From: Okamejei kenojei | Lineage: Eukaryota | Direction: 5' to 3' | Length of the DNA stretch: 63,636 nucleotides | Assembly: GCA_035221665.1 (NCBI GenBank) | Contig: CM069159.1 | Coordinates: forward strand, 19,654,365-19,718,000 | Part shown: positions 63,281-63,636 of the stretch, one piece after another | Numbering within the stretch: position 1 is the first letter of the stretch | Layout of the letters: every line of letters starts with the position of its first letter | The notes under the pieces: model-generated | The model's input: the letters and a program-made list of their open reading frames with translations, nothing else | Told to the model about the DNA's origin: nothing | The model's database searches: none | Position numbers and translations under genes: made by a program

Positions 63281-63636
63281 GGACCAGGCAGCATCTCTAG
63301 GAATAGAGTCGAGACCCTTATTCAGACTTACCCGAAATGCCCACCCATTCCTTCGCTCCATAGATGCTGCCTGTCCCGTCAGTTACTCCAGCATTGTGTG
63401 TGTCTATCTCCGTGGTGTGTGAACCAGCTCTGCAGTTCCTTCCAATCCCACACTCTCGTCCCCGGGGGGGTGGATGGAGCATCCACAACGTGGACACACC
63501 CACCACCACCCCAGACTTGCCTTTTTTTTTGCCCCTTCGGCAGGTCTTTTAACCGTGTCCTAAGCCGTTCATTGAGACAGAGTAGAAGCCATGGGGCAGG
63601 CGCCTCAGTAATAAAGGACAAGTGGCAGAAAGGCCG

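Overview
This is repeat-rich vertebrate genomic DNA, not prokaryotic. The repeat set (CR1, Penelope-derived palindromic elements, tRNA-SINEs, DIRS, Rex1, L1, Tc1) suggests a cartilaginous fish, probably a skate or ray (inference). The main non-TE content is an Ig-superfamily receptor locus. A + strand gene can be assembled by hand from five phase-1 exons: leader 33540-33588 with a GC donor, V 34369-34716 with a germline-joined J-like GQGT motif and a CD28/CTLA-4-like FPP loop, C1-like 42993-43283, C2/I-set 49647-49964, and TM 50372-50470 with an in-frame TGA right after the hydrophobic helix. A divergently oriented paralogous V exon (6458-6805, -) has an exon-1 homologue that lost its ATG, and a third decayed V copy lies beside it. 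Mobile elements include two full-span DIRS1-type tyrosine-recombinase retrotransposons with nearly identical termini/ICR but divergent ORFs, a full-length Rex1/Babar LINE, a Tc1, an internally deleted Gypsy-like element, L1, RTE-X-like and CR1 fragments, hAT and Harbinger MITEs, Penelope-derived repeats with minimal hammerhead-ribozyme motifs, minisatellites and two N gaps. Family names come from motif recognition only; no searches were run.
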